Origin: Leptolyngbyaceae cyanobacterium
Lineage (GTDB): Bacteria > Cyanobacteriota > Cyanobacteriia > Phormidesmidales > Phormidesmidaceae
Direction of reading: 5' to 3'
Length of the DNA stretch: 64,000 bases
Assembly: GCA_965263355.1 (NCBI GenBank)
Contig: CBDHHL010000032.1
Coordinates: forward strand, 3,616,001-3,680,000
Position numbers and translations under genes: made by a program. How positions within the stretch are numbered: position 1 is the first letter of the stretch; each line of letters opens with the position of its first letter. The notes under the pieces were generated by a model, which was given only the letters and a program-made list of their open reading frames with translations, did not search any database and was not told where the DNA came from. This document shows, one piece after another, positions 29,756-41,668 of this stretch.

Positions 29756-30353
29756 TTTACAAAATGGTTCTTTGCTCGCTGAGCTGTATCTAGGCTGAGG
29801 TCGGTGTTTTCCCTAGCGGAAGGTTCTGGTTGCGAGCACTGACAAGACTTACGTACTTATCATACTTATCTGTACAGGCTAGGGGTGCTATTTGGCTATT
29901 TAGTACCTAACGGTTCCTAGTGCAGTGTCAACGCTAAAAATTAGAATTCTGTATTGATGAAGAGTAATGGGTAAAGCGTCATGCTTCATCCTGTTTGCCT
30001 CTTCACGCTTTACTAGCCTCATCCTAAATCTCTTAGGCTTGACAGACCATGAGTGGCTTTGACTGCTACTCTCTGCCCACCACTCACTGCCCTAAACTAA
30101 ATTTCTGCTCTAAGCCACTGCACTAGTCATACTTTGCCAGGCTTCTAGCGCAAGTACACTTAGCGCTATTACCTACGGCGCACCTATAACGTGAATTAAA
30201 CCTTAAGCTATTAGTTATGTAACTGATTGTAGAGATATTATATATTTGGGATACAATTTGTCTCTCATTCTAAATCGTTTATTTCTAAGGAGAGCAAATT
30301 AGGAAATCTGCTTAGGTTTTCAGGTCCTTCATAACAAATTCTCTCTCTTTAAG

Positions 30354-31088
30354 ATGCCTCGTATACTTGTCATCGACGATGATCCTGCTATTTCTGAACT
30401 GGTGGCGGTTAATTTAGAAATGGCTGGATATGATGTCAGTCAGGCTGAGGATGGCGTGAGGGGGCAAGCGCTTGCTGTGCAGCTCCTACCCGACCTAATC
30501 ATGCTTGATTTGATGTTACCTAAGGTAGACGGCCTTACCGTTTGCCAACGTGTTCGCCGTGATGAGCGAACAGCAGATATTCCGGTGTTAATGCTGACTG
30601 CCTTGGGGCAAACCCAGGATAAGGTAGACGGCTTTAATGCAGGGGCTGATGATTACCTCACAAAGCCGTTTGAGCTAGAGGAAATGTTGGCTCGAGTTAG
30701 GGCGTTGTTGCGACGTACTGATCGTATTCCCCAGGCCGCCAAGCATAGCGAGATTTTGAGCTACGGTCCTTTGACGTTAGTGCCTGAACGCTTTGAAGCT
30801 ATTTGGTTTGAGCGCACTGTTAAGTTGACCCACTTAGAATTTGAATTGCTTCACTGTCTTTTGCAACGTCACGGCCAGACGGTTGCCCCCAGCGAGATTT
30901 TGAAGGAAGTTTGGGGGTATGACCCGAACGATGACATCGAAACGATCCGTGTGCATATTCGTCATCTACGCACTAAGTTAGAACCAGATCCACGTCATCC
31001 CAAGTTTATTAAGACCGTTTACGGCGCTGGTTATTGTCTGGAGCTACCCCAAGATGATCAAGTTTTTTCTGGCCGTGCGGCTAGTTAG
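30354..31088 (+). CDS. rpaA: OmpR-family response regulator RpaA
   Basis: [26 protein letters not shown] and [27 protein letters not shown]. Confidence 0.92.
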   Translation: MPRILVIDDDPAISELVAVNLEMAGYDVSQAEDGVRGQALAVQLLPDLIMLDLMLPKVDGLTVCQRVRRDERTADIPVLMLTALGQTQDKVDGFNAGADDYLTKPFELEEMLARVRALLRRTDRIPQAAKHSEILSYGPLTLVPERFEAIWFERTVKLTHLEFELLHCLLQRHGQTVAPSEILKEVWGYDPNDDIETIRVHIRHLRTKLEPDPRHPKFIKTVYGAGYCLELPQDDQVFSGRAAS

Positions 31089-31329
31089 GGTGTATCAAAT
31101 GATAAGCATTGGGAGAAAACGTCTGAGTGATTAGGTTTTATCGCTTGCTGTACGTTTGGAGGTATGGCATTACAGCACTTTTGATATGTATGAAAAGGGG
31201 GCCTTTGGGCTCCCTTTTTAATTGTTTCCAGTATGTCTCCTGCATAAATCAAATTAAAAAGCGGTCCTAGGCTTTTCCCTAGAGCCGCTTCGGATTTATT
31301 AACCCATTGTCTGTGGATTAATCTGATGT

Positions 31330-32586
31330 TTACTTAGTAATCGCTTCAACTGGGAAGTACTCAGCAGGTGCCAGGGCATTACCACGAATCAAGCTACCAA
31401 TGGTTTTGGCCGTAATTTTCATTTGGGTAATGGGGTTTGCAGGAACGACTGTTTTGTACAGGTAGCTGTCAAAGGTAAGCTTCTGGACATCAATATCAGA
31501 ACACATTTCTACAAATGCTTCGCGGGTAGCATCGGAACGATAGAAAACACGCTGCAGAATATCTAAAACTAGATAGGTAGCACCGTAGGTCTTGTCCCAG
31601 CGCTTGATGTAGGTTTTTAGATCCTTTTCGGTCAAGGCACGCTCACCACTGTTGGATAGTTCAACAATGGTCTCGGCACACATGCGACCAGACTTGGCAG
31701 CAAAGTAGATACCTTCACCAGACGACTTGGTAACGGTGCCAGCAGCATCGCCCACTAGCGCAACGCGACCAACCACACGACGAGGCCTGGGGTGCTCAGG
31801 GATGGGATGAGCTTCTACCTTAATGATTTCGCCACCTTCAAGGCGCTTGGCTGCCCGCTCGCGAATACCTTTCTGTAACTGTTTAATTTTGGCTTGATTT
31901 ACCCGCATGGTACCAGTACCTACGGCTACGTGATCGTACTTGGGGAATACCCAGGCATAAAAGTCAGGGGAAACGTCGTCGCCGACATACATTTCCGCTA
32001 GTTCTTCGTAGTAAGCCATTTTGTCGTCAGGGATGCGAATGCGCTCTTGGAATGCGATCGCATAGTTGTAGTCACCTGCATCAATGGCCCGCGCTACGCG
32101 AGAGTTGGCACCATCGGCACCAATCACTAGGTCTACCTGTAGCGTCTTCGCGTCTCCCTGGAGAGTGCCGTTGGAGTGATCGGCGTAATGCAGCGTGTAG
32201 GGATCCTTGTCATTGCCAGGGATAACTAGCTTGTGTACAGTGCCGTTAATTACCTTAGCGCCAAGCTTTTCAGCTCGCTGGCGTAAGAAGCCATCTAGCA
32301 CTTCACGTCGGCACATGCCGATGTACTCATCATCCTTGAGAGTGCTGCCGATATTTACCTCGATATTTGAGGGAGAGATCATTTTCATCTTACGCACGCG
32401 ACGGTCAATGATCTCAGGGGGCAAATCAAACTCATCCACCATGCACAGGGGGATTGCGCCACCACAGGGCTTGGCATTGTCTAACTTGCGCTCAAATAGA
32501 TAGGTTTCAATACCTGCTTTTACTAATGTCTCAGCAGCAGAGGAACCTGCTGGACCGCCTCCAACAACCGCAACCCGAAGTGCCAA
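31330..32586 (-). CDS. chlP: Geranylgeranyl reductase
   Basis: GGGPAG, NAKPCGGAIP and SGEGIYFA motifs; start taken at TTG 32586. Confidence 0.96.
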   Translation of the reverse strand: MALRVAVVGGGPAGSSAAETLVKAGIETYLFERKLDNAKPCGGAIPLCMVDEFDLPPEIIDRRVRKMKMISPSNIEVNIGSTLKDDEYIGMCRREVLDGFLRQRAEKLGAKVINGTVHKLVIPGNDKDPYTLHYADHSNGTLQGDAKTLQVDLVIGADGANSRVARAIDAGDYNYAIAFQERIRIPDDKMAYYEELAEMYVGDDVSPDFYAWVFPKYDHVAVGTGTMRVNQAKIKQLQKGIRERAAKRLEGGEIIKVEAHPIPEHPRPRRVVGRVALVGDAAGTVTKSSGEGIYFAAKSGRMCAETIVELSNSGERALTEKDLKTYIKRWDKTYGATYLVLDILQRVFYRSDATREAFVEMCSDIDVQKLTFDSYLYKTVVPANPITQMKITAKTIGSLIRGNALAPAEYFPVEAITK

Positions 32587-32709
32587 GGTATTTTTCTCCA
32601 AATCTTTAAAAGCTATGGTGTGTATGCTATCACGCTGATTTGAGCTGGTTGGATACACTCTCGTAGATGTAACAAAAATGAAACAGAGTATAGAGGTAGC
32701 TCAAACTAA

Positions 32710-33005
32710 TTTCCAGGTTTTTGGAGTAACAGATTAATTCGTTTGGGGGCAATTGCATATGGGGTAGTCTTTATACTGTTGTGGACTCAGCAACCAAGGT
32801 TTTTCTATCGCCCTACCCATGTGCTGCAAACGACGCCAGAGTCCCATTTGAGATGGGGCAAAAGCTATATAATGCAGCCCTTGGCCCTAAAGAGTTGATA
32901 TTGTACGCATCTAATGTTCACCACAATGCGGTGGATGTATTTAAAGAGCCTAACTATGTCGCCAAGCTAAAACAATTTGTAGAGCAATCCCTGGCTGCTG
33001 CATAG
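32710..33005 (+). pseudogene. Internally deleted alpha/beta-hydrolase remnant
   Basis: One frame gives an N-terminal TM segment plus QPRFFYRPTHVLQTTPE; another frame gives C-terminal DARVPFEMGQKLY..HHN; the nucleophile region is absent. Confidence 0.6.
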
Positions 33006-33112
33006 AGAGTTTCGTTTAAATCCTGCTTTTACAAGGGCGTAGACCTAGCAAGCCAGCTTTGATTTTCCTCGGCTAGAATTCAGGGGGTCTATATAGGTGG
33101 GTTTTCTCTTAG

Positions 33113-35173
<2,061 letters not shown>

Positions 35174-35216
35174 GGATAGTTTTTGGGCGTTTTCCGGCAC
35201 GAACATAAGGTTATCT

Positions 35217-37010
35217 ATGAAACGAGTCTGCTTATCAGCTGCGATCAAATCTTGCCAGAGCCTGATTCTAGGTCTCGGAGCGATGTTGACGGTGGTGGCT
35301 CTACCAGGTAAGGCTGCAGAACGAATTACATTCGCATTTGGGCCGATTGAACGTTCCATTGAACTGACGGATTTAGAGCGGCTGGTTGAGGATGGCGTAG
35401 TTAGTGATGATCTGGCCTACTATGCTCGGTTTTTACCCGATGACTACGATATCGATGCCCTTAGACGAGCCCTGACTTGGCGATTAGAGCGAGATGTGGA
35501 CACCATTGATATAGATGTCGTGTTGCTGGATCGATTTTTCTACACACAGCAGGGGGAATATCTACTGGGCATTGCAGCTGACTTTATTCGTACCGAAGCA
35601 TTGCGCAGTGATCTGCGGGCATTGCGAGGCGCTATTTTAGTGGCGGTTGCTGATGAAGATGAAGGTTTGACTCTATTGAATGCAATTCGTAAGTTTCCGT
35701 CGCCGGAAATGCGGATTGAGTTAGACCGGGGATTAGGGCTGCTACGGGAGATTGAGCGAGCGATTTATGAAACAGATGCATCGATTGCGCTGCTAGAGCG
35801 TTTGGGCGCTGCCACAGGTGAGCTTTCAGATATACAAAAGGCGCAGCTGAGGGCTTTAGTTAACCAGGCGCGCCAGCCTGGACGCTATGAGGTGGAGCGC
35901 CAACAATTAGCTAGGAATGCCCCGATTCCGGCAGATATTTATTTGCCAGTGCTAGGAGGACAACGTCAACGTAATCGTCCGACGGTGATTATTTCCCATG
36001 GTTTAGGGAATGATCGGACATCCTATGCCTATCTTGGGCGACACTTGGCATCCCATGGATTTTTGGTAATCAATGTCGAACACCCTGGCAGTAATGCCGA
36101 GCAGATCAATGCGCTATTGGTGGGTAAATCGGCTGAGGTGGTTGCCAATGACGAGTTTATTCAACGGCCCAGACAAATCTCTGCCTTACTGAATTATCTG
36201 GAACGGGAGGCGACTCAATATGGCAGTTTAATTAATTTTGGTCAGGTGGGTGTTGTGGGGCAGTCTTTTGGCGGCTATACAGCATTGGCGTTAGCAGGTG
36301 CTACCCTTGACTTTGAAGTCCTGCGGGCTAGCTGCCCGCCCAGTTCACTGACATTAAATGTGTCATTGTTACTGCAGTGTCAGGCTGGTCAACTGGCTGA
36401 GCCTAGTGAAACGATGCTGTCGCTACAGGACGGACGGGTGAGGGCTGCGATCTCAATCAACCCCATTACCAGCGTCCTCTTTGGCGAAGAAAGTATGGGG
36501 CAAGTTACCACACCTACCATGATTGTTTCCAGCGGTGCCGATACCGTAGCCCCGGCCCTACAGGAACAATTAGTTCCCTTTACCTGGCTGACCCAACCTG
36601 ATCGCTATCTATTACTGATGCGGCAGGGCACCCATTTTTCTACCATTGCGTTGACCGAAACTGGTAGTGAAGCCTTTGATCTCCCGACTCAGATCATTGG
36701 CCCGGATCCGTTTCTGGCCCAGGATTATTTAGAAGCGTCGAGTCTGGCCTTTTTAACTCAGCATTTAAGTGGCGACCTTACCTACCAGGCACTGTTAACC
36801 GCTGACGGTATTCAGCAGCTCAATCAAGAGCCGATTAAACTCACCCTGGTGCAAACGCTTACCGGCCCTTCCCTGGTAGAGGAGCTAGGGCGACCGCCCC
36901 GTTCGGCGGCAGACGTGGTTGAACCCCCTGCAGCAGACTCATCCTTAGGCCCATCCCCACCAGTTGAGATTCCTGTGGAAGACCCACCAGTGCCGACATT
37001 GGCTCCATAA
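35217..37010 (+). CDS. DUF1400 + alpha/beta hydrolase
   Basis: AAERI N-terminal domain; SHGLG, GQSFGG and GTHFS motifs. Confidence 0.88.
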   Translation: MKRVCLSAAIKSCQSLILGLGAMLTVVALPGKAAERITFAFGPIERSIELTDLERLVEDGVVSDDLAYYARFLPDDYDIDALRRALTWRLERDVDTIDIDVVLLDRFFYTQQGEYLLGIAADFIRTEALRSDLRALRGAILVAVADEDEGLTLLNAIRKFPSPEMRIELDRGLGLLREIERAIYETDASIALLERLGAATGELSDIQKAQLRALVNQARQPGRYEVERQQLARNAPIPADIYLPVLGGQRQRNRPTVIISHGLGNDRTSYAYLGRHLASHGFLVINVEHPGSNAEQINALLVGKSAEVVANDEFIQRPRQISALLNYLEREATQYGSLINFGQVGVVGQSFGGYTALALAGATLDFEVLRASCPPSSLTLNVSLLLQCQAGQLAEPSETMLSLQDGRVRAAISINPITSVLFGEESMGQVTTPTMIVSSGADTVAPALQEQLVPFTWLTQPDRYLLLMRQGTHFSTIALTETGSEAFDLPTQIIGPDPFLAQDYLEASSLAFLTQHLSGDLTYQALLTADGIQQLNQEPIKLTLVQTLTGPSLVEELGRPPRSAADVVEPPAADSSLGPSPPVEIPVEDPPVPTLAP

Positions 37011-37087
37011 GTGTCTTAGCCAATAGCCTGCAACCATCACCGCCATCACCCTGATAGGATCCGTGTATCGTTCTCCACGACTAGCCC

Positions 37088-37993
37088 ATGCCCGACGGCT
37101 TTTTGAATCTCCATAAACCTGCCGGATGGACATCCCATGATTGTGTGGCCAAGTTACGTCGTCTTCTCAAAACCAAAAAAATTGGTCATGCGGGCACGTT
37201 AGATCCAGCGGCAACCGGTGTCTTACCCATGGCCGTGGGACGGGCCACCCGGTTACTGCAATATTTACCTAGTGACAAGGCCTATCGGGCAGTTGTTCAG
37301 TTGGGTAAGACCACCGATACAGACGATTTAGAGGGTATAGTTCTGACTCAAACCCCAGCGGACTATTTGACGCTCTCTAATGTGCTCGAACAGCTCAGGC
37401 ATTTTCAGGGAGAAATTCAGCAAGTGCCGCCGATGTACAGTGCTGTGCATGTTAATGGTCGGCGATTGTACGACTTAGCTCGTCAAGGCAAAACCGCAAA
37501 TATTGAGGTTCCCAATCGCACTGTTGTGGTGCATCGGATTGATTTAGTCGATTGGCAGCCCGGTAACGTCTCAACCATTACCTTAGATATCACCTGTGGA
37601 GCTGGTACCTACATTCGTTCGATTGCTCGTGATCTAGGTAAACGTCTGGGAGTGGGTGGCACTCTAGCTTCGTTGTTACGTACAAAAAGCAGTGGGTTTA
37701 CCTTAGATACCAGTATTTCTTTGCAGAGACTATCTGAACCTGAACAGATAGATCAGTTGCAATTTATTTCTCCAGCCATGGCCATGGAACATTTGCCAGG
37801 GATTACGTTATCGGCTGAATTAGCCCGTCGTTGGTGCCTGGGGCAGCGTTTACCGATGGCTCCGACCATTGAGCTGGACCAAGCTTTGCGAGTAATTACT
37901 GAAGCCTGTCCATTTTTGGGCATTGGTGTATTTAGACTTAAGGATGAACAGCCCCATTTGGTTCCCAAAATGGTATTTGCACAGACTTATTGA
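37088..37993 (+). CDS. truB: tRNA pseudouridine(55) synthase
   Basis: GHAGTLDPAATGVL, PPMYSA and GTYIRS motifs. Confidence 0.96.
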   Translation: MPDGFLNLHKPAGWTSHDCVAKLRRLLKTKKIGHAGTLDPAATGVLPMAVGRATRLLQYLPSDKAYRAVVQLGKTTDTDDLEGIVLTQTPADYLTLSNVLEQLRHFQGEIQQVPPMYSAVHVNGRRLYDLARQGKTANIEVPNRTVVVHRIDLVDWQPGNVSTITLDITCGAGTYIRSIARDLGKRLGVGGTLASLLRTKSSGFTLDTSISLQRLSEPEQIDQLQFISPAMAMEHLPGITLSAELARRWCLGQRLPMAPTIELDQALRVITEACPFLGIGVFRLKDEQPHLVPKMVFAQTY

Positions 37994-38144
37994 CGCTAAA
38001 TTGATTTTTGTTTCAGTAATTGTCCGTAGCCACTAATCAGGATATGTAGATATTAGGGAAACCAAATCATTATTAGATGTGTCTTTTGACTGTGCATCCC
38101 CGTAATTTTTACTAGTTTTTTGTCGTTCATAGTACAAGACAGTC

Positions 38145-39332
38145 ATGTCTCACTGGGGTTCCTCGTCTGCACTCAAGCGCTTCCAGGTAGGCGAAGTCAT
38201 TTTCTCTGAGGGTGATCCTGGAGATTCAGCCTACATCATTGAGTCAGGCAGGGTGGAAGTTGCTGTTAGTGTTGATGGTCGACCGTTACCGTTGCGGATT
38301 CTAACCAGCGGTGATGTTTTAGGTGAAATGGCGGTCATGGATACGGCTCCCCGTTCTGCCTCGGCCAAAGCGATTGAAGAGACGGTGTGTGTGGCTATTT
38401 CCAGCCGTCAAATTTCAGAACGTATTCAAGGGGCAGACCCCATCGTGCAGCTTTTGGTGACTACCCTACTGCATCGGATACGCAGTACCCCCCAGATCAC
38501 CTTATCGGGGCATCCCAAAGTAGCGACGGGGCTGCAATATGCGGCGGAAAACGATGAGGTTCTGGACAAAATGCGTTTGGAATCGGAATTGCGAGCGGCC
38601 TTAGAGAATCGACAACTGCGCCCCCACTACCAGCCCTTGGTGGACATTCAAACCCGGCAAGTGTTGGGATTTGAAGCCTTGATTCGATGGCGGAGCGATA
38701 CTCGTGGTAACGTGTCGCCTGGGGAATTCACCAGCATTGCTGAGGAAACGTCGCTGATTATTCCGATTGGTCAGCAGACGCTACAGCAAGCCTGTCGTGA
38801 TTTGGTGCAATTTCAGCAGGCTTGCCCAGATAGGCCTTTGTTTATGAGTATTAATGTGGCCCCACGGCAGCTAGCTGAATATACGTTTTTGCCAGAGTTG
38901 CGAGCCATTGTCCAGCACCATGGCCTAGCGCCTTACCAGGTTAAGCTTGAGGTAACAGAGCGAGTCTTTATGGCAGATCCGGTTGCCTTAGAAATGTTAA
39001 AACACTGTCGGCAGGACGGTTTCCATATTGCCTTGGATGATTTTGGTACCGGCTTTTCGAGTCTTAACTATCTGACTCGTTTTGAAGTGGATGGCTTTAA
39101 AATTGATCGAGCCTTTGTCCAAGAACTGCTGACGAATTCACGGACTCAAGTCTTGTTGCAAAGCATGCTAGCGATGGCCCATGGCTTAGGCATGCAAACG
39201 GTGGTGGAAGGTATTGAAACGGAGGAGCAGCTGAAGGTTTTACAGCAGTCTGGGTGTGATATTGGCCAGGGATACCTGTTTGGGAAGCCGCTGCCTTTTG
39301 ATGAGGTACAGCAGTTACTGGAGTTGGCTTAA
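38145..39332 (+). CDS. cNMP-binding domain + EAL c-di-GMP phosphodiesterase
   Basis: GEMA..PRSASA cNMP cassette; EAL, EVTE, DDFGTG, KIDR, EGIE and QGY motifs. Confidence 0.9.
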   Translation: MSHWGSSSALKRFQVGEVIFSEGDPGDSAYIIESGRVEVAVSVDGRPLPLRILTSGDVLGEMAVMDTAPRSASAKAIEETVCVAISSRQISERIQGADPIVQLLVTTLLHRIRSTPQITLSGHPKVATGLQYAAENDEVLDKMRLESELRAALENRQLRPHYQPLVDIQTRQVLGFEALIRWRSDTRGNVSPGEFTSIAEETSLIIPIGQQTLQQACRDLVQFQQACPDRPLFMSINVAPRQLAEYTFLPELRAIVQHHGLAPYQVKLEVTERVFMADPVALEMLKHCRQDGFHIALDDFGTGFSSLNYLTRFEVDGFKIDRAFVQELLTNSRTQVLLQSMLAMAHGLGMQTVVEGIETEEQLKVLQQSGCDIGQGYLFGKPLPFDEVQQLLELA

Positions 39333-39405
39333 ACCATCATGTCTAAGCTGAAACCTGTCGGTTCTTCTCTGTAACAACGACCTTTCTGGTCGTGGATAAG
39401 CTATT
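39330..39405 (+). repeat. ~73-bp dispersed TIR repeat, copy B (degenerate)
   Basis: TAAACC..CATGTCTAAGCTGAAACCTGTCGGTTCTTC..AACGACC; begins at the EAL gene stop codon. Confidence 0.7.
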
Positions 39406-39428
39406 AGGCCTTAGGTTAACCATAGGCA

Positions 39429-41663
39429 TTACAAGGCTAGCAATGTATAACGGCCTGCTTGTTCGACTAACAGGGTGACTGGTTGGTCTTGCTTCTTGTC
39501 AGTTAGTGCCAGTAACGACTGGGCTTGACCGATGTCGCTGTAGAGCAGCTCACCAGTGTGAGAGAAGATCAGGGTTTTGCCTGGGGTGAGAGCTAACTCG
39601 GGGGGACTGTCAGGGCCAATAGAGACAAGATGCTCTTTTGATAAATCTTCGACCAGGTCAACTCTGGCATATTGCAGATGGGGGTAAAGCTGAGCGGTTT
39701 GTTCAGAGGTAAGCCCCAATTGGTGACCTAGGGTGGCTGCTATTAAGTTTACTGGTGCTGGACCAGGGGGGGAGTCACTGGTCGTTAATGTGTCTGGACT
39801 TTCAGGCGGCGGGATCGGGGGAGCAGACTGCCAGGGAAAAGTGGCTAGCCACCGAAGGCTGTTGTCGGTGGTCACTAGCAAAGGACCATCGATTTGAGGC
39901 CCTGCAGCTAATAGAGCGATGCCAGTTTCAGTCAGCTTGACCCCGTGGGCGGTCACTCTGGCTACGGCGGTTTTATCCTTAAAAAGCCGCATCTGACGTC
40001 GCAGAGGTAGGGACTCCGTCCAAAAGTTAGTTGGTCTGGTGGATATGGAGGGTAAGTGCCAACCAGAGTCATCCTGAAGCAGTTGTATCTCAATGTGGTA
40101 CCAAGTGTGACCGGAGGCAAGCGTTGGCAGGGTTTGAGATCGCACCCATCCCCCATCTGGTGTGCCAATTACCCTGGCTTCGCCAATCAGGCTGCGATAG
40201 CGCCCTGGGGTATCAGCTGTGAATGGCTCCGCTGCATGCCCTACCAGATTGGTCTTCTCCTCGTCGGGCAGACTGTTGCTATCCTTTGCCGCACGACCGT
40301 CTACAGTCTGCAGGCGCTCTAGTGTTTTTTGGGAACGCGTTTTTTTCTGTAACCACTCCTCACCAAGGTCCGATGATTGACGGGCCGTTACCAGTAAGGC
40401 TCCCCATATCTGTGATGACTCGTCCTGGGGATGGACCTGCAAATGTGTGGTGACACTGCGCCATAGGGCATCAAAGTCCCGTTCTAAGCGTTTGAGGGTG
40501 GAGTCATAGATGGTGGGGTTGTCTTCCAGAGCAATTAGGGCCTTTTCCCATTGGCCATCGATCAAGTAGGCCAAAATGTGTTGCTGTTGACTTGACCAGG
40601 TTTGTTCCGTTTGGGCATTGGTCCGTTCCGCATGGAGTTGAATTAAATCTAGCTGAGCTTGGGCGGCGGGCGACCAGTTAGTTGCCAATCCTTGCTTGGC
40701 CGATTGCATCATTTGCAGACTGTGGGACCATACACCTCCCTGGGCCAGTTTTAATGCTTTGTCATAGAGAGACGTGCCCAGGTCCGATGCGTAAACTGAG
40801 CGATAGAGCGAGATTTCTCGTAAACGAGGAGGATCGTTGGGGACTAGCTGGTAGAGCAAAAAATTAGGGCGTAATCCAATGGTTTGATCGATTAATAACT
40901 GCTGGTCTCCAGTGTCGCTAGCCTGCCATTGGGGGGGCTGGTCGGCTGGGCTCGACCAATTTAACAATCGATGTAGGCGGTGGGTGTTAGGCTGATAGCT
41001 CAAAATTTGGCCATAGCGCATGACGGTGTTGCCATAGCGGCGCTTACCCTCTAGTAAGAGCCAGGGACCTTCTGGCGATTGGCTAGGTATGATGTTGATA
41101 TCTGTTAGGGTGGCATCACTATCTACACTGGCCACTTGAGACGCTGTACCGACTAACGGTGTAGTGATAAACGATTCTTTTATGGGGCGAATGGTAACTT
41201 GGTCAATTCGTTGCTGCTGACTACCTCTTACCCGGTAGACCCACAGTTCTCGAATCGCCTTGCTATCAGGGGCCAAGATTGGATAAAACCACACTTTTGG
41301 CTGGTCGAGCTGGGGCCAGGGTATGGGCTGATCAGCGGTAATGCCCTGAGATCGCATCTCTGCTCGAATTTCATCTGTTGTCTGGGGAGCAGTTTCAAAG
41401 CTGTTGACCAATTGAGGAAATGCCGTCTTTAGCCAGTTAGGACTGTAGGGGTCAACAATCAGCCGGGCTCCCGACAGGATCACCATGAGCAAAAAAACTG
41501 CACCGCTTCCTAGGGTCAACCAACTTAGCAATGACCAGGGAATACGTCCTGAGGTTGAACTGACTAGCAGCGTTACCTGGGGGGTGGATGGATTGTGTTT
41601 GCTCAAACCCATGGAGGTGGTTATGGGTAGTTTTCTAGGCCCTAGACTGTTGTCCCTGGCCAT
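39429..41663 (-). CDS. Hypothetical membrane-anchored protein
   Basis: 744-aa ORF with one N-terminal TM helix, 5 nt downstream of a GT4 gene. Confidence 0.7.
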   Translation of the reverse strand: MARDNSLGPRKLPITTSMGLSKHNPSTPQVTLLVSSTSGRIPWSLLSWLTLGSGAVFLLMVILSGARLIVDPYSPNWLKTAFPQLVNSFETAPQTTDEIRAEMRSQGITADQPIPWPQLDQPKVWFYPILAPDSKAIRELWVYRVRGSQQQRIDQVTIRPIKESFITTPLVGTASQVASVDSDATLTDINIIPSQSPEGPWLLLEGKRRYGNTVMRYGQILSYQPNTHRLHRLLNWSSPADQPPQWQASDTGDQQLLIDQTIGLRPNFLLYQLVPNDPPRLREISLYRSVYASDLGTSLYDKALKLAQGGVWSHSLQMMQSAKQGLATNWSPAAQAQLDLIQLHAERTNAQTEQTWSSQQQHILAYLIDGQWEKALIALEDNPTIYDSTLKRLERDFDALWRSVTTHLQVHPQDESSQIWGALLVTARQSSDLGEEWLQKKTRSQKTLERLQTVDGRAAKDSNSLPDEEKTNLVGHAAEPFTADTPGRYRSLIGEARVIGTPDGGWVRSQTLPTLASGHTWYHIEIQLLQDDSGWHLPSISTRPTNFWTESLPLRRQMRLFKDKTAVARVTAHGVKLTETGIALLAAGPQIDGPLLVTTDNSLRWLATFPWQSAPPIPPPESPDTLTTSDSPPGPAPVNLIAATLGHQLGLTSEQTAQLYPHLQYARVDLVEDLSKEHLVSIGPDSPPELALTPGKTLIFSHTGELLYSDIGQAQSLLALTDKKQDQPVTLLVEQAGRYTLLAL

Positions 41664-41668
41664 TTTCC

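Noticed and set aside
29684..29800. tRNA-Asn as an integration site for a genomic island
   Set aside because: I saw no integrase and no duplicated tRNA 3' end; rpaA and chlP follow directly.
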